64,000 bases of DNA from Clostridia bacterium. GTDB taxonomy: Bacteria; Bacillota; Clostridia; Saccharofermentanales; DTU023. A program made the translations under genes and the position numbers. Position 1 is the stretch's first letter. The number at the start of each line of letters is the position of its first letter. The stretch spans positions 158,298 to 222,297 of the forward strand of contig JAXGOR010000001.1 in assembly GCA_040767365.1 (NCBI GenBank). The letters are read 5' to 3'. Below are positions 32,751 through 41,819 of this stretch, piece after piece. Under the pieces are notes generated by a model. The model had not been told where the DNA came from. It worked only from the letters and a program-made list of their open reading frames with translations, and made no database searches.

Positions 32751-34211
32751 CTAAGGAACCGTATCACCGCGGAAGTATGCCGTCCACTGCCTGGTATATT
32801 CGTCAAAAACCGCCCAGAGCGCCTCATTGTTGGCCATGGCCGCCTGTCCGATCGACCGGCTGTATGCAATACCATCCTGGATGTATTGATCCGTAAAGCG
32901 GAGGCTGGAAACCGCCTGGGTCAATACATCTTCCAACTTCAAGAAAGTCTCCCGCGGGGCAATGACGCCTATCACGTTCAGGGCACTGGCAGGGCTCATG
33001 TCGACGCCTCCCACATAGAAGGGCAGGGTCCCGCCCAGGGAGGCCGCAAATTTACCCCTGCAGTCGCCGCCCCCGGGGCCGGTCAGGCTTGCGAACACGA
33101 TCTCCTCACTGGTGCTGATCGACGCGAATACTGTCTGGACGGGTATGAGCTGGAGGGGTGTAAAATTGTCAAGAGCCGGGAAGCTGAGGCCCAGACCATG
33201 TTTGTCCGATATGGCCTGGAGGTCGGCGAAGCAAGGGAAAAGGCTGCTGGCGGCATTCATATCGACGACAGGCGCGTCGGCATTCAACTCCGCCAGGGGT
33301 ATGCCATAAGAGCCAACATAGCTCCTCCAGTTCTGCTTGTTTTCATAGCTCTTGTTGAGGGGGGACAGGCTGCCATAGTAGAAGATCTCATAATCCGGAT
33401 TCATAGGATCCCAGGCCCGGAAGCCAAAGCCGGTGTAATCCCCCATGGTGAAGAGTTGCCATCCCTCCGGCAGCATAAGGGAAAAGTAGCCGCCGTCATA
33501 GGGAACAAGCCTGATCGTCTGCTGGGGGAGGTCCTGGCCCTGGCCCTGGCCCTCGTCCTCCAGCCTGCCCTTGAAATCAGCCTCCTGACGGTAGGAGGCC
33601 AGCACCTTCTCCAGCGCCTGCCGGGTCGCCTCCCCCCGCCCTTCATAATGGCGGCTGATATATTGGACGACCGAATCCGGAGTTACTTCAGTCAGGATAA
33701 GCATGTCCACAACACCCAGGTCGGCCCGATACTTGACCGCGGCGGCCCGCTCAAAGAGCTTGCCCGCCAGGCTGAAGTCCTCGTAGATCCTCGTGGCGAT
33801 CACCCTGTCCCCGTACTGTGCCTTCAGTTCTTCGATTATAAAAGGGAAATAGCTCTTGATATCAAAATCCCTTTGCTCGCCTATGCCGCGGTATATCTGC
33901 ACATAGGGAATCTCCCCCGGGTTCTCGATGAAGACGCTTACGCCGGTCAGCCCATCCCATTGGACCGTATAGGCCTGGTCGTAGAGGAAGGAAAAACCCT
34001 GTTCCCCACACTCGTACAAGTTGCCTTCCATAGGCGGGGGCGTTGTTTCAAAAGCGGGGCCCGTCTGAACGCTTGTCCTGCCAGGTTCCGGTCCGGTCGG
34101 GCCGCTGGCCTGGCCTTCCGGCTCCGTCGACTTCGAGCCGCATCCCGTTGACAGGATCAGGGAAAACATAAGAAGGGCAATAAGAAAAGCCACCCATCCG
34201 GTCACTCTCAT
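32751..34211 (-). CDS. Hypothetical lipoprotein
   Basis: Signal peptide ending STGC, Pro/Thr linker, GGGAGG RBS; FSFLY..Y and YFSLMLPEGW motifs like PsbP/DcrB-type domains. Confidence 0.75.
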   Translation of the reverse strand: MRVTGWVAFLIALLMFSLILSTGCGSKSTEPEGQASGPTGPEPGRTSVQTGPAFETTPPPMEGNLYECGEQGFSFLYDQAYTVQWDGLTGVSVFIENPGEIPYVQIYRGIGEQRDFDIKSYFPFIIEELKAQYGDRVIATRIYEDFSLAGKLFERAAAVKYRADLGVVDMLILTEVTPDSVVQYISRHYEGRGEATRQALEKVLASYRQEADFKGRLEDEGQGQGQDLPQQTIRLVPYDGGYFSLMLPEGWQLFTMGDYTGFGFRAWDPMNPDYEIFYYGSLSPLNKSYENKQNWRSYVGSYGIPLAELNADAPVVDMNAASSLFPCFADLQAISDKHGLGLSFPALDNFTPLQLIPVQTVFASISTSEEIVFASLTGPGGGDCRGKFAASLGGTLPFYVGGVDMSPASALNVIGVIAPRETFLKLEDVLTQAVSSLRFTDQYIQDGIAYSRSIGQAAMANNEALWAVFDEYTRQWTAYFRGDTVP

Positions 34212-34392
34212 TCGAAGGCCTCCCTTTGCATAGTTATCAGGACTATTTTTATAATTTCATTATATCAGGCCAGGCCGTCGCCGGCTCCCCCCTCGGATAT
34301 TGATAATCAGGCAGAAGGACTGTCCGACCCCTTAGCCGGCAAGGGAGAGCCGGCCTGGAGCGCACGAGATCCGGACAGCAAAGGAGTCAGCT

Positions 34393-34989
34393 ATGAAAGA
34401 AATGAGCTTGGCAAAAAAGATCCTGGGGGACTGGAAGAAGACGCAAACCATCGTCACCGTCGCAATTGGAGCGGCCTTGTACGGGGTCTTGATGGTTTAC
34501 GGCGGAATCCCTGTCTTCACCAATACCTATCTATCAACCGCCCTCCTGGTGCCCATAGTCGTTGGCAGCCTGACGGGCGCGCTACCGACCGCGGTCGCCC
34601 TCTTCCTGGGCAATGTCATCGCCGACCTGATAGGCGGCTGGGGCCTCTGGTTTGACTGGTCAATCGGGAATGCCGTCATGGGCTTCTTTGTCGGCCTGCT
34701 CCCGGTCTACGGCGCCTACATCACCGAGGGCATCTTCAAGGTCAGGCACGCCATCATCTACGCCATCACCGTGGCCGTGGGCGTCCTGGTGGCCTTCGCC
34801 GGCGTCACGCCGCTTCTCACCATGATCATGTATGCCGGCGAGTTGCAGACCTCCATCACACAGGGGCTGGTCGCCTCCGTGACCAATATCGCCATCCTGA
34901 TTGTGGCGGGGTTGCCTATCCTGGCCCTCATGGCCAATCGCTACGGGGCAAGGACGGATTTGAGGGAAACGGAAAACGACGAGGAATAA
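34393..34989 (+). CDS. ECF transporter S component (DUF1393/MtsT-like)
   Basis: VAIGAALYGVL, IPVFTNT, GNVIADL.GGWGLWFDW; about 5-6 TM; AAGGAG RBS. Confidence 0.85.
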   Translation: MKEMSLAKKILGDWKKTQTIVTVAIGAALYGVLMVYGGIPVFTNTYLSTALLVPIVVGSLTGALPTAVALFLGNVIADLIGGWGLWFDWSIGNAVMGFFVGLLPVYGAYITEGIFKVRHAIIYAITVAVGVLVAFAGVTPLLTMIMYAGELQTSITQGLVASVTNIAILIVAGLPILALMANRYGARTDLRETENDEE

Positions 34990-34994
34990 GTTGG

Positions 34995-35027
34995 GAGACT
35001 GCCGCCGTCCAAGAGGCGGCAGTCTTC
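34995..35027 (+). terminator. GC-rich hairpin between the S-component and ATPase genes (attenuator or mRNA stabiliser)
   Basis: GAGACTGCCGCC-loop-GGCGGCAGTCTT inverted repeat with only a weak T tail. Confidence 0.55.
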
Positions 35028-35043
35028 ATCATCAAGGGCTGCT

Positions 35044-36773
35044 ATGAATGAGGGCGGGAAAAAACCAGTCATTGAGTTCAAGGATTTCACCTTTCAGTAC
35101 AAAGTACAGAGTAAGCCGACCTTGTATGACATCAATCTCACCCTCTATGAGGGCGAGAAGGTTCTTCTGCTCGGGCCCTCCGGCAGCGGCAAATCCACCC
35201 TGGCCAACTGCATCAACGGCCTGATCCCCTTTTCCATCCCCGGTAGCCTGACCGGTTCCCTGAAGGTGGCCGGCCGGGAGACCGTTGACAGTGACCTCCA
35301 CCAGTTGTCAGCCCTGGTGGGGACAGTACTCCAGGACTCCGATGCCCAGTTTGTCGGCCTCAGCGTGGGGGAGGACATCGCCTTCGCCCTGGAGAATATG
35401 AACATGCCCCGCGAGGCCATGATCCCCATGGTGGAAAAGAGCGCCGCCATAGTTGGCATGGAGGACTTTCTTGACCATCTCCCCTACAAGCTTTCCGGCG
35501 GACAGAAGCAGAAGGTAGCCCTGGCCGGCGTCCTCCACGAGGATGTCCGCGTCCTCCTCTTTGATGAGCCCCTGGCCTCCCTGGACCCCCAGATGGGGAT
35601 GACGGCCGTCGACCTGATCGACCGGATCTGCCGGGAAAACCAGAAGACCGTCCTGATCATTGAGCACCGGCTGGAGGATGTCCTCTACCGGCCGGTTGAC
35701 CGGATCATCCTGATCGACAAGGGGAGGATCGTGCTGGATACGAGGCCGGAGGACCTCCTCCGCAGCCAGAACCTGCTGGAGCATGGCATCCGCGAGCCCC
35801 TCTACCTGACGGCCATGCGGTACGCCGCCTGTGATTTTGAGGAGGAGGGGGTCCTGGCCGACATCAACCGGCTGTCCCTATCGGCCGGCAACCGGAAAAA
35901 GCTCCTGGACTTCTTCGGAAAAAAGACGGGCCCGGAAAAGGAGGAGGGCAAGGAGGAGCTGATCCGGCTGGAGGAAGTCTCCTTCTCCTATTCAACCAAG
36001 CTCCCCCCGGCCCTGGACCAGGTAAGCTGTGTCATCCACAGGGGCGAGATCATCTCCCTGATCGGGGAAAACGGGGCGGGCAAGACGACCTTCGCCCGCC
36101 TGGTCTGTGGTATCAACCGGCCGCAGGCGGGGACGGTCAAGATAGAGGGCAGGGATTACCTCCCCCTTTCGATCCGGGAGATCGGTGAGCGGATCGGCTA
36201 TGTCATGCAAAATCCCAATCAGATGATCGTCAAGAGCCTGATCCGGGAAGAGGTGGCCCTGGCCCTGACCTTCCGGGGCCTGTCGGACCAGGAGATCGAC
36301 CAGCGGGTTGAAAAGGCCCTCCGCATGTGCCGGCTTTACACCATGCGGCACTGGCCGGTCGACGCCGTCAGCTACGGGCAGAAGAAACGGATCACCATCG
36401 CCGCCATCCTGGCGCTCGAGCCTGACGCCATCATCCTGGATGAGCCGACGGCCGGCCAGGACTACCACAACTACACGACCATCATGGAATTCATCCCGAC
36501 CTCAACCGGGAGTTCGGCAAGACCATTATCTTCATCACCCACGATATGCACCTCGCCATTGAATTCACGGACCGGGCCCTGGTCTTCGCCAAGGCCAGGA
36601 TCATCGCAGACAGCAGTGTCTTTGATGTCCTGAGCGATGACGGGGTGATCGGGGAGGCCAGCCTGAAACAGACCTCCCTCTACACCCTGGCCCGCAAGAT
36701 CGGCCTGGAGCCCCGGGATGTCATCCGGCGTTTCGTCGCCTATGAGAAGGAGCTGAGGGCGCATGGAGGATAA
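35044..36773 (+). CDS. ECF transporter duplicated ATPase (A-A'), 1-nt frameshift near 36496
   Basis: GPSGSGKST and GENGAGKTT, LSGGQKQ, HGIREPLY; shifted frame continues DLNREFGKTIIFITHDMHLAIEFTDR to the stop at 36773. Confidence 0.9.
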
Positions 36774-37560
36774 ATTCATCATCAACTTCACCTTGGGTGA
36801 TACGGCCCTCCATCAACTGACCGGCACGACCAAGGTCCGCGTCTTCCTCTGCCTGATCGTCTTCCTGATCACGGTCTGGGATATCCGGGTCATCCTCCCC
36901 CTCCTCTTCATCTTCGCGGCCGGCGTCCTCTCGACAAAACCCTACTGGAAACCGATCCGGGTCGTCTTCACCATCGTGGTTCTCATGAACCTTTTCAATC
37001 TCTTCCTCTTCTTCCTCTTCAATCCCTCCATCGGGATGACCTGGACCGGCAGCCTGACACAGTTTGGAAGCGTCGGCGGACGCTACCTCCTGGCTTATGA
37101 GACCTTCTGGTTCTTCGGTGTCCGTTTCTCGAAGATGATAGCGACCTTCCTCCTCTGCCTGGCCTTCATCCTGTCGATTACGCCCTCGGAATTCGCGGCC
37201 GGGCTCAATTCCATCCGCCTGCCCTACCGCTTCTGCATAATCGTGGAACTCGCCTTCCGCTATATCCCCGACCTCATGCGGGATTACCAGGATATCTCCG
37301 TCAGCGCCCAGGCCAGGGGGAGCGAGACCGACAAGCGCAAGGCCTCCCTCCTGAAACGGGCCAAGTCCAGTGTCATGATCATCATCCCCCTCATCCTGAC
37401 CTCTTTTTCAAAGGTGGGCAACATCGCCAACGCCATGGACCTGCGGGGCTTCGGCCGTTTGAAAAAACGGAGCTGGTACGCCGAGCGGCCACCGGCCAGG
37501 TCGGACAGGCTGGTCAGCTGGTCGGCCTCCTCTTCCCCCTGCTGGCCGCCATCTACCTGA
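36763..37560 (+). CDS. ecfT: ECF transporter transmembrane component T (C-terminus probably frameshifted; true end near 37610)
   Basis: LAFRYIPDL, AQARG, AMDLRGFG..KKRSWY; a hydrophobic helix (VGLLFPLLAAIYLIV) and IWYPF continue in other frames. Confidence 0.85.
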   Translation: MEDKFIINFTLGDTALHQLTGTTKVRVFLCLIVFLITVWDIRVILPLLFIFAAGVLSTKPYWKPIRVVFTIVVLMNLFNLFLFFLFNPSIGMTWTGSLTQFGSVGGRYLLAYETFWFFGVRFSKMIATFLLCLAFILSITPSEFAAGLNSIRLPYRFCIIVELAFRYIPDLMRDYQDISVSAQARGSETDKRKASLLKRAKSSVMIIIPLILTSFSKVGNIANAMDLRGFGRLKKRSWYAERPPARSDRLVSWSASSSPCWPPST

Positions 37561-37642
37561 TCGTCATCGCCTCTTCAATCCGCAAAACCCGATATGGTAT
37601 CCCTTCAATGACCTTGAAAGCTATAACTGGGAGGCTATTGCC

Positions 37643-38495
37643 ATGAAACCTGCCATCGTGATCCAGACTGATTTTTCCCGCAACTCAAGCGCCGTCGCCA
37701 CCATGTACGGTGTCTGCCAGACGGTCGATCCCTCGGTCAGGCTCTTTGACCTGACCCACGGCATCCCCCCTTCGATATTTTCGCCGCCTCGCATATGTGC
37801 TGAGAAACACCACGCCCTTCTGGCCGGAGGGCACCCTCTTCATCTCCGTGGTTGATCCCGGGGTCGGCACGGACAGACGGGGCTGTGTCGCCCTCCTCAG
37901 GAATGGCCAGTATGTGGTGACACCGGACAACGGCACCCTGACCCATGTCCTGCGGTCAGTCGGCATCGAGGCGGTCCGGGAGATCGACAGGACGGTCAAC
38001 CGCTGGCCGACCACCCTGACCTGTGACATCTTCCACGGGCGGGACGTCTTCGCCTACACGGCCATCCGCCTGGCCTCGGGGATCATTGATCTTGAAGGGG
38101 TCGGCCCCCCCTATCCCGTCGGGGAAATCATCACCATCCCCTTCGATGAGCCTGTCTACGAGGACGGATGCTACCGGGGCGTGATCGAGAGTTCCGGCCC
38201 CTACTTCGGCCTGGTCAGCAGCAACATACCCGACAGGCTGTTCTTTGACCAGGGCGCCCGCTATGGGGACCGGTTCCTGGTCGAGATCCAGCGGGGCGGG
38301 GAAGTCCATTACCGGGACCAGGTCTCCTTCCGGAGATCCTTCGGCTACGTTGAAAAGGGGGAGCCCGTCCTCTTCGTGGGGGCGACCGCCACCATCCAGA
38401 TCGCCCTCCGCGAGGAGAACATCACGGAGCGCTATAAGATCGGCGAGGGGCCGGACTGGAGGATAAGCCTCCGGAAGGTCGGGCCCCTGCCCTAG
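37643..38495 (+). CDS. SAM hydrolase / SAM-dependent halogenase family (DUF62), two 1-nt deletions at 37765-37795
   Basis: QTDF, FDLTHGIP, FISVVDPGVGTDRR, VTPDNGTL, FHGRDVFAY, SFGYV. The Asp-Arg-His set of the hydrolase subgroup is present. Confidence 0.88.
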
Positions 38496-38536
38496 AGAAA
38501 GCTGGGATTTGATCGGGTCCGGGCGCTGTCGGCCGG

Positions 38537-38950
38537 TTATTCCTCTTCCGAAATAGCGGCGATGGCATCGATTTCAATCATGAACTCGTCCAGGACCATG
38601 CCAACCACAATCACCAGGGTGCCGGTACTGGGATAGTCCCGGAGTTCCGGGGCATGCCTGTAGCACTCCTGGTGGAAGAGTTCGATGACACGATGGGGAT
38701 GGGCCGCCCCCTGCCTCATATAGATGGTGTGCTTGACCATATTGCCAAGCGACAGGCCGCTCAAGGCCAGGGTGTCCTGCATCTTATGGACGACCACCTC
38801 CATCTGTTCCTCGATGGTATCGGGGATCCGGCCGTCCTGGCGGTAGTCCACGGCCTCAATGCCGGACATGAAGACCAGGTTGCCTACCCGCAGGCTTTTA
38901 CATATTTCCATGGGCATCTCGGTATAGGGTACACGTTCAAAATTATCCAT
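38537..38950 (-). CDS. Rid (YjgF/YER057c/UK114) family protein
   Basis: VGNLVFMSG, IEEQ, GLSLGNMVKHTIYM, IEIDAIA; AGGAG RBS. Confidence 0.85.
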   Translation of the reverse strand: MDNFERVPYTEMPMEICKSLRVGNLVFMSGIEAVDYRQDGRIPDTIEEQMEVVVHKMQDTLALSGLSLGNMVKHTIYMRQGAAHPHRVIELFHQECYRHAPELRDYPSTGTLVIVVGMVLDEFMIEIDAIAAISEEE

Positions 38951-38980
38951 ATTTGTCTCCTTGCTGACTATGACTTCTTC

Positions 38981-39397
38981 CTAGAACTTGACTACTTCCG
39001 CTTCCTGGGTGAAGGAGCAGAAGGAGGCTGTACAGTCCTTCAGGCAGAAGACCGTCATGAGCTGGTCATCCACATGGTAGAGCGGGCTCAGCCCCTCCTC
39101 GTTTTCCTCCATCATCCTGACCCGGGCCTCCCGCCTCAGGTCTTCCTCGGCCGTGGCCTCCAGCCGCATCCAGGTCCCGTCCCCGTGGCAGGCGGCCACT
39201 TCAATCCAGGGCCTGGCCTTTATCTGCCGGTAGACCTCCTTCTGATTATTGGTGACCAGGTAGAGCCGGCCTTCAAAAAGGCTGACTGCCCCGAAGGGCC
39301 GGACCCTGACCCTGTCCTCATCCGAGGTCGCCACAAAGAACATGGGACTCTTCTTCAAGTATTGATAGACTCTCTCCATCTCCCTCTCACTTTCCAC
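38981..39397 (-). CDS. Pyridoxamine 5'-phosphate oxidase-like (NimA/NimC-type) flavin-binding protein
   Basis: FFVAT...RVRPFGAV..FEGRLY..TNNQKEVYRQIK..P.IEV, WMRL; start may be ATG 39379. Confidence 0.8.
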   Translation of the reverse strand: MESEREMERVYQYLKKSPMFFVATSDEDRVRVRPFGAVSLFEGRLYLVTNNQKEVYRQIKARPWIEVAACHGDGTWMRLEATAEEDLRREARVRMMEENEEGLSPLYHVDDQLMTVFCLKDCTASFCSFTQEAEVVKF

Positions 39398-39444
39398 ATT
39401 TCGAATAGATAAAGGCTTAGTCGGGCCAGTCCATCAAGGACGGC

Positions 39445-40299
39445 CTATTCCCCACCCTTGAGGATATCCCCGGCAAGGAAGAGATAGATGGCCGCAGTCC
39501 AGGAGGTGGCCAGGAGGATATCCGAGCTGAAGGCCAGGTTGAAATCAGGCGATTCCCTGACCAGGTCCTCCCGGTCGAAGGGGTAGTGGCAGAGGGCGAA
39601 GCCATCCCGGATCACCTTATGGCAGAAGCGCCGGGCGATTTCCTTGCCCAGGTCCTCATGACCTGCCTCACAGAGTCCGGTCGCCATCATGAGCTGGACG
39701 GGCGAGACCAGGTTGCCCCTCAGGAAGCAGTTGGTATAGGCGAAGAGGGGGCTGTCAAGCTTTTCGGAGGCGATGCCGAAATCGGCTATGTAGTCCTCCT
39801 TGATGCTGGCCGCCACCTTGTCGATGACCTCAGGCGGCAGCCGTTTGCCCAGGATGATGGGCTGGAAGACGGCGATGGAATCCGATTGGACCTTCTCATG
39901 GCTGGTCGACAGGGTGGGGGTAAAGCGCTCCCCATCCCAGAAATCCAGGGTCCGTTCCAGGAGGAAGTCGGCCTTCTCCTGCCAGATCCTTGCCTGGGAA
40001 TGCAGGCCGATCCGGTCGGCCAGGGTCGCCAGGACCTCGGCGATCAGGGTCATATAGGCGCAAAGATCCGCCGTCTCCAGCGGGACCCCCTTGGCGAAGA
40101 TGGAGGCGTCATCCCAGCCGGACTCATCCGCGTGATTGTACTGGGGGACCCCGTCCTTATCGCTGTCACGGTAGTCAAACCACCAGTTGGCCCAACGGCA
40201 GAGGGGTTCATAGACCCAGCGGTATTGCTGGCGGGTGAAGGCGGACAGGTCGGCGTGTCTCAGGATCCAATCAGCGGCAAAGCCCTGGAAGGGCGGCCT
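39445..40299 (-). pseudogene. C-terminal half of a GH63-like (alpha/alpha)6 glycoside hydrolase, N-terminus missing
   Basis: PPFQGFA, YEPLCRWANWWFDYRD.DKDGVPQYNH.DESGWDDA, DLCAY, SWTAAIYL; no start or RBS; upstream sequence belongs to a ROK gene. Confidence 0.7.
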
Positions 40300-40537
40300 C
40301 CGAATCGACCACCCCCGGGCAACAAATACCCACCCCCGCCACCTGGCTGTTGCCATTGATAAGGTCGCAGAGGGCCCCCAGAAAGGGTTCCCGGCCGTCC
40401 TCCACCCGGGTCTCATAGGAATCGACCCGGTCGTAGGCGCCTGTCCGGTCCAAAAGACCCCACTTGACCCAGGAGCCACCGATATCAATGCCGAGGTATC
40501 GCTCTGCCTGGTTTTCCTTCTTCTCTGCTTCCTTCAT
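40295..40537 (-). pseudogene. N-terminal fragment of a ROK family sugar kinase
   Basis: YLGIDIGGSWVKWGL...GVGICCPGVVD, then an abrupt stop after about 80 aa. Confidence 0.75.
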
Positions 40538-40576
40538 AGGCCTTCTCTTTCCCTGTCCCCCGGCCCAGCCTCAGGC

Positions 40577-41629
40577 TCAGGTCGTTGACAGGATGGTCTT
40601 GGGTATATTGTGCTTGCAAAGGGCGAAGAGGCCCTTGAAATAGACATCGTGCCCGATTTGGATGATCCGGATCTCCGGCAGGTACTCCTCGCCCAGGCAG
40701 GGGGCCATATGGTCCAGGAAGACCCCCACATCGCCGGGATCCAGGTATTGGGAATCGATGACATACAGATCGGGATCAAGCACGCAGGTCATATTGACCA
40801 GGACGCGTGACAGGATCTCCAGGACCTCCTGCCTTTTGTCGCCCTTGATCAGGGACTTCATGAGGCTTTCCAGGCAATCCTGCCTTTCTCCCCGGCGATC
40901 GGACTGGCCGACATTCATGAAGGCCAGTTCCCCGGCGAAGTTCTTGGTGCTCCTGTAGAGTTCCCCATTGATGACGATGCCGGCCCCGATCCCCTCCTCC
41001 GTTATGTAGAGGAAGGCCAGGTTCTTGATGGTATCGCTGGCATAGTCCCCGTAGATACCGACGGTCGAGGCATTGACATCATTCTCCAGGGTTACCGCCA
41101 GGTCAAAGGCCTCCTCGACAGCCTCCTTCAGGTTCATGCCCTCCCATTCAGGGATGCTGGGAATATTGTGGATAAGCGAACCCGAAACCGTGCCGGGTAC
41201 CGCGATGCCCAATTCGAAGACCGGGTTTTCGCTCCCGGCTATGGTCTCTCCGATCAGCTCCCGCAATTCCAGGAGCCGGTCCTTCGATTGTCTCTTTATT
41301 TCAGAACTTTGGATGATGGCGCCGGTGTTGTCCAGGAGGGCCAGATGATAGGAATCGCTGCGTACCAGGACCGTGACGATGGAACTGTAATCCTTGTTGA
41401 TGGCGTATTGCTTGGCCTTGCGACCGCCGGTGGATTCCTGGAAGCCCAGATCAATGATCTCGCCCATCTGCTCCAACTCGTCCACGATCTTATTGACGGT
41501 GACGAGACTTAGACGGGTCTGCCTGGCAATTTGCGGCTTGGAGATCTTCGGCTTCTTCAAGATGCACTCCTTAACCAAGAGGGTGTTGGCTTCTTTGATA
41601 GTCGAGGGTGTTCCCGCTATTTTGGTCAT
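40577..41629 (-). CDS. ROK family transcriptional regulator (XylR/NagC type)
   Basis: HTH SKPQIARQTRLSLVTVNKIVDEL, STGGRK, GIAVPG, LENDVN, GIGAGIVING, FAGEL. Confidence 0.9.
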   Translation of the reverse strand: MTKIAGTPSTIKEANTLLVKECILKKPKISKPQIARQTRLSLVTVNKIVDELEQMGEIIDLGFQESTGGRKAKQYAINKDYSSIVTVLVRSDSYHLALLDNTGAIIQSSEIKRQSKDRLLELRELIGETIAGSENPVFELGIAVPGTVSGSLIHNIPSIPEWEGMNLKEAVEEAFDLAVTLENDVNASTVGIYGDYASDTIKNLAFLYITEEGIGAGIVINGELYRSTKNFAGELAFMNVGQSDRRGERQDCLESLMKSLIKGDKRQEVLEILSRVLVNMTCVLDPDLYVIDSQYLDPGDVGVFLDHMAPCLGEEYLPEIRIIQIGHDVYFKGLFALCKHNIPKTILSTT

Positions 41630-41641
41630 AGATGGCACCTA

Positions 41642-41662
41642 ACTTAATTATGTTAATTATGT
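41642..41662. promoter_or_regulatory. Putative ROK-repressor operator
   Basis: 21-bp imperfect palindrome ACTTAATTA-TGT-TAATTATGT just downstream of a minus-strand promoter TTGCAA(41698-41693)-17 nt-AATAAT(41675-41670). Confidence 0.6.
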
Positions 41663-41819
41663 AATTAGCATTATTACCCAAAAATTGCCCTATTGCAAGG
41701 GCCTTTTTCGAGAATTTGTATACATTTTGATGGAATAATTGCAAGGTCGGGCCGTCTGATTTTGTTATCATGAGGGCTGTCAGTGAGAGGACAGGACCGA
41801 CAGGAGGGGATGATCCCGC

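Noticed and set aside
32577-34151. Long antisense ORFs (also 9693-11024, 16342-17760, 50878-52341, 56323-57588 and others)
   Set aside because: Shadows of real genes on the opposite strand, expected at high GC3; no motifs or RBS
37643-38495. Fluorinase or chlorinase
   Set aside because: Has the Asp-Arg-His residues of the hydrolase subgroup and sits with an ECF importer, not in a biosynthetic cluster
39445-40488. Full 347-aa ORF as a real gene
   Set aside because: The first ~60 aa are an out-of-frame reading of the ROK fragment; only the part from PPFQG onward is hydrolase-like
32048-41800. Integrative element or genomic island inserted at tRNA-Leu
   Set aside because: No integrase or transposase, and I saw no repeat of the tRNA 3' end; the block is accessory-looking but not demonstrably mobile
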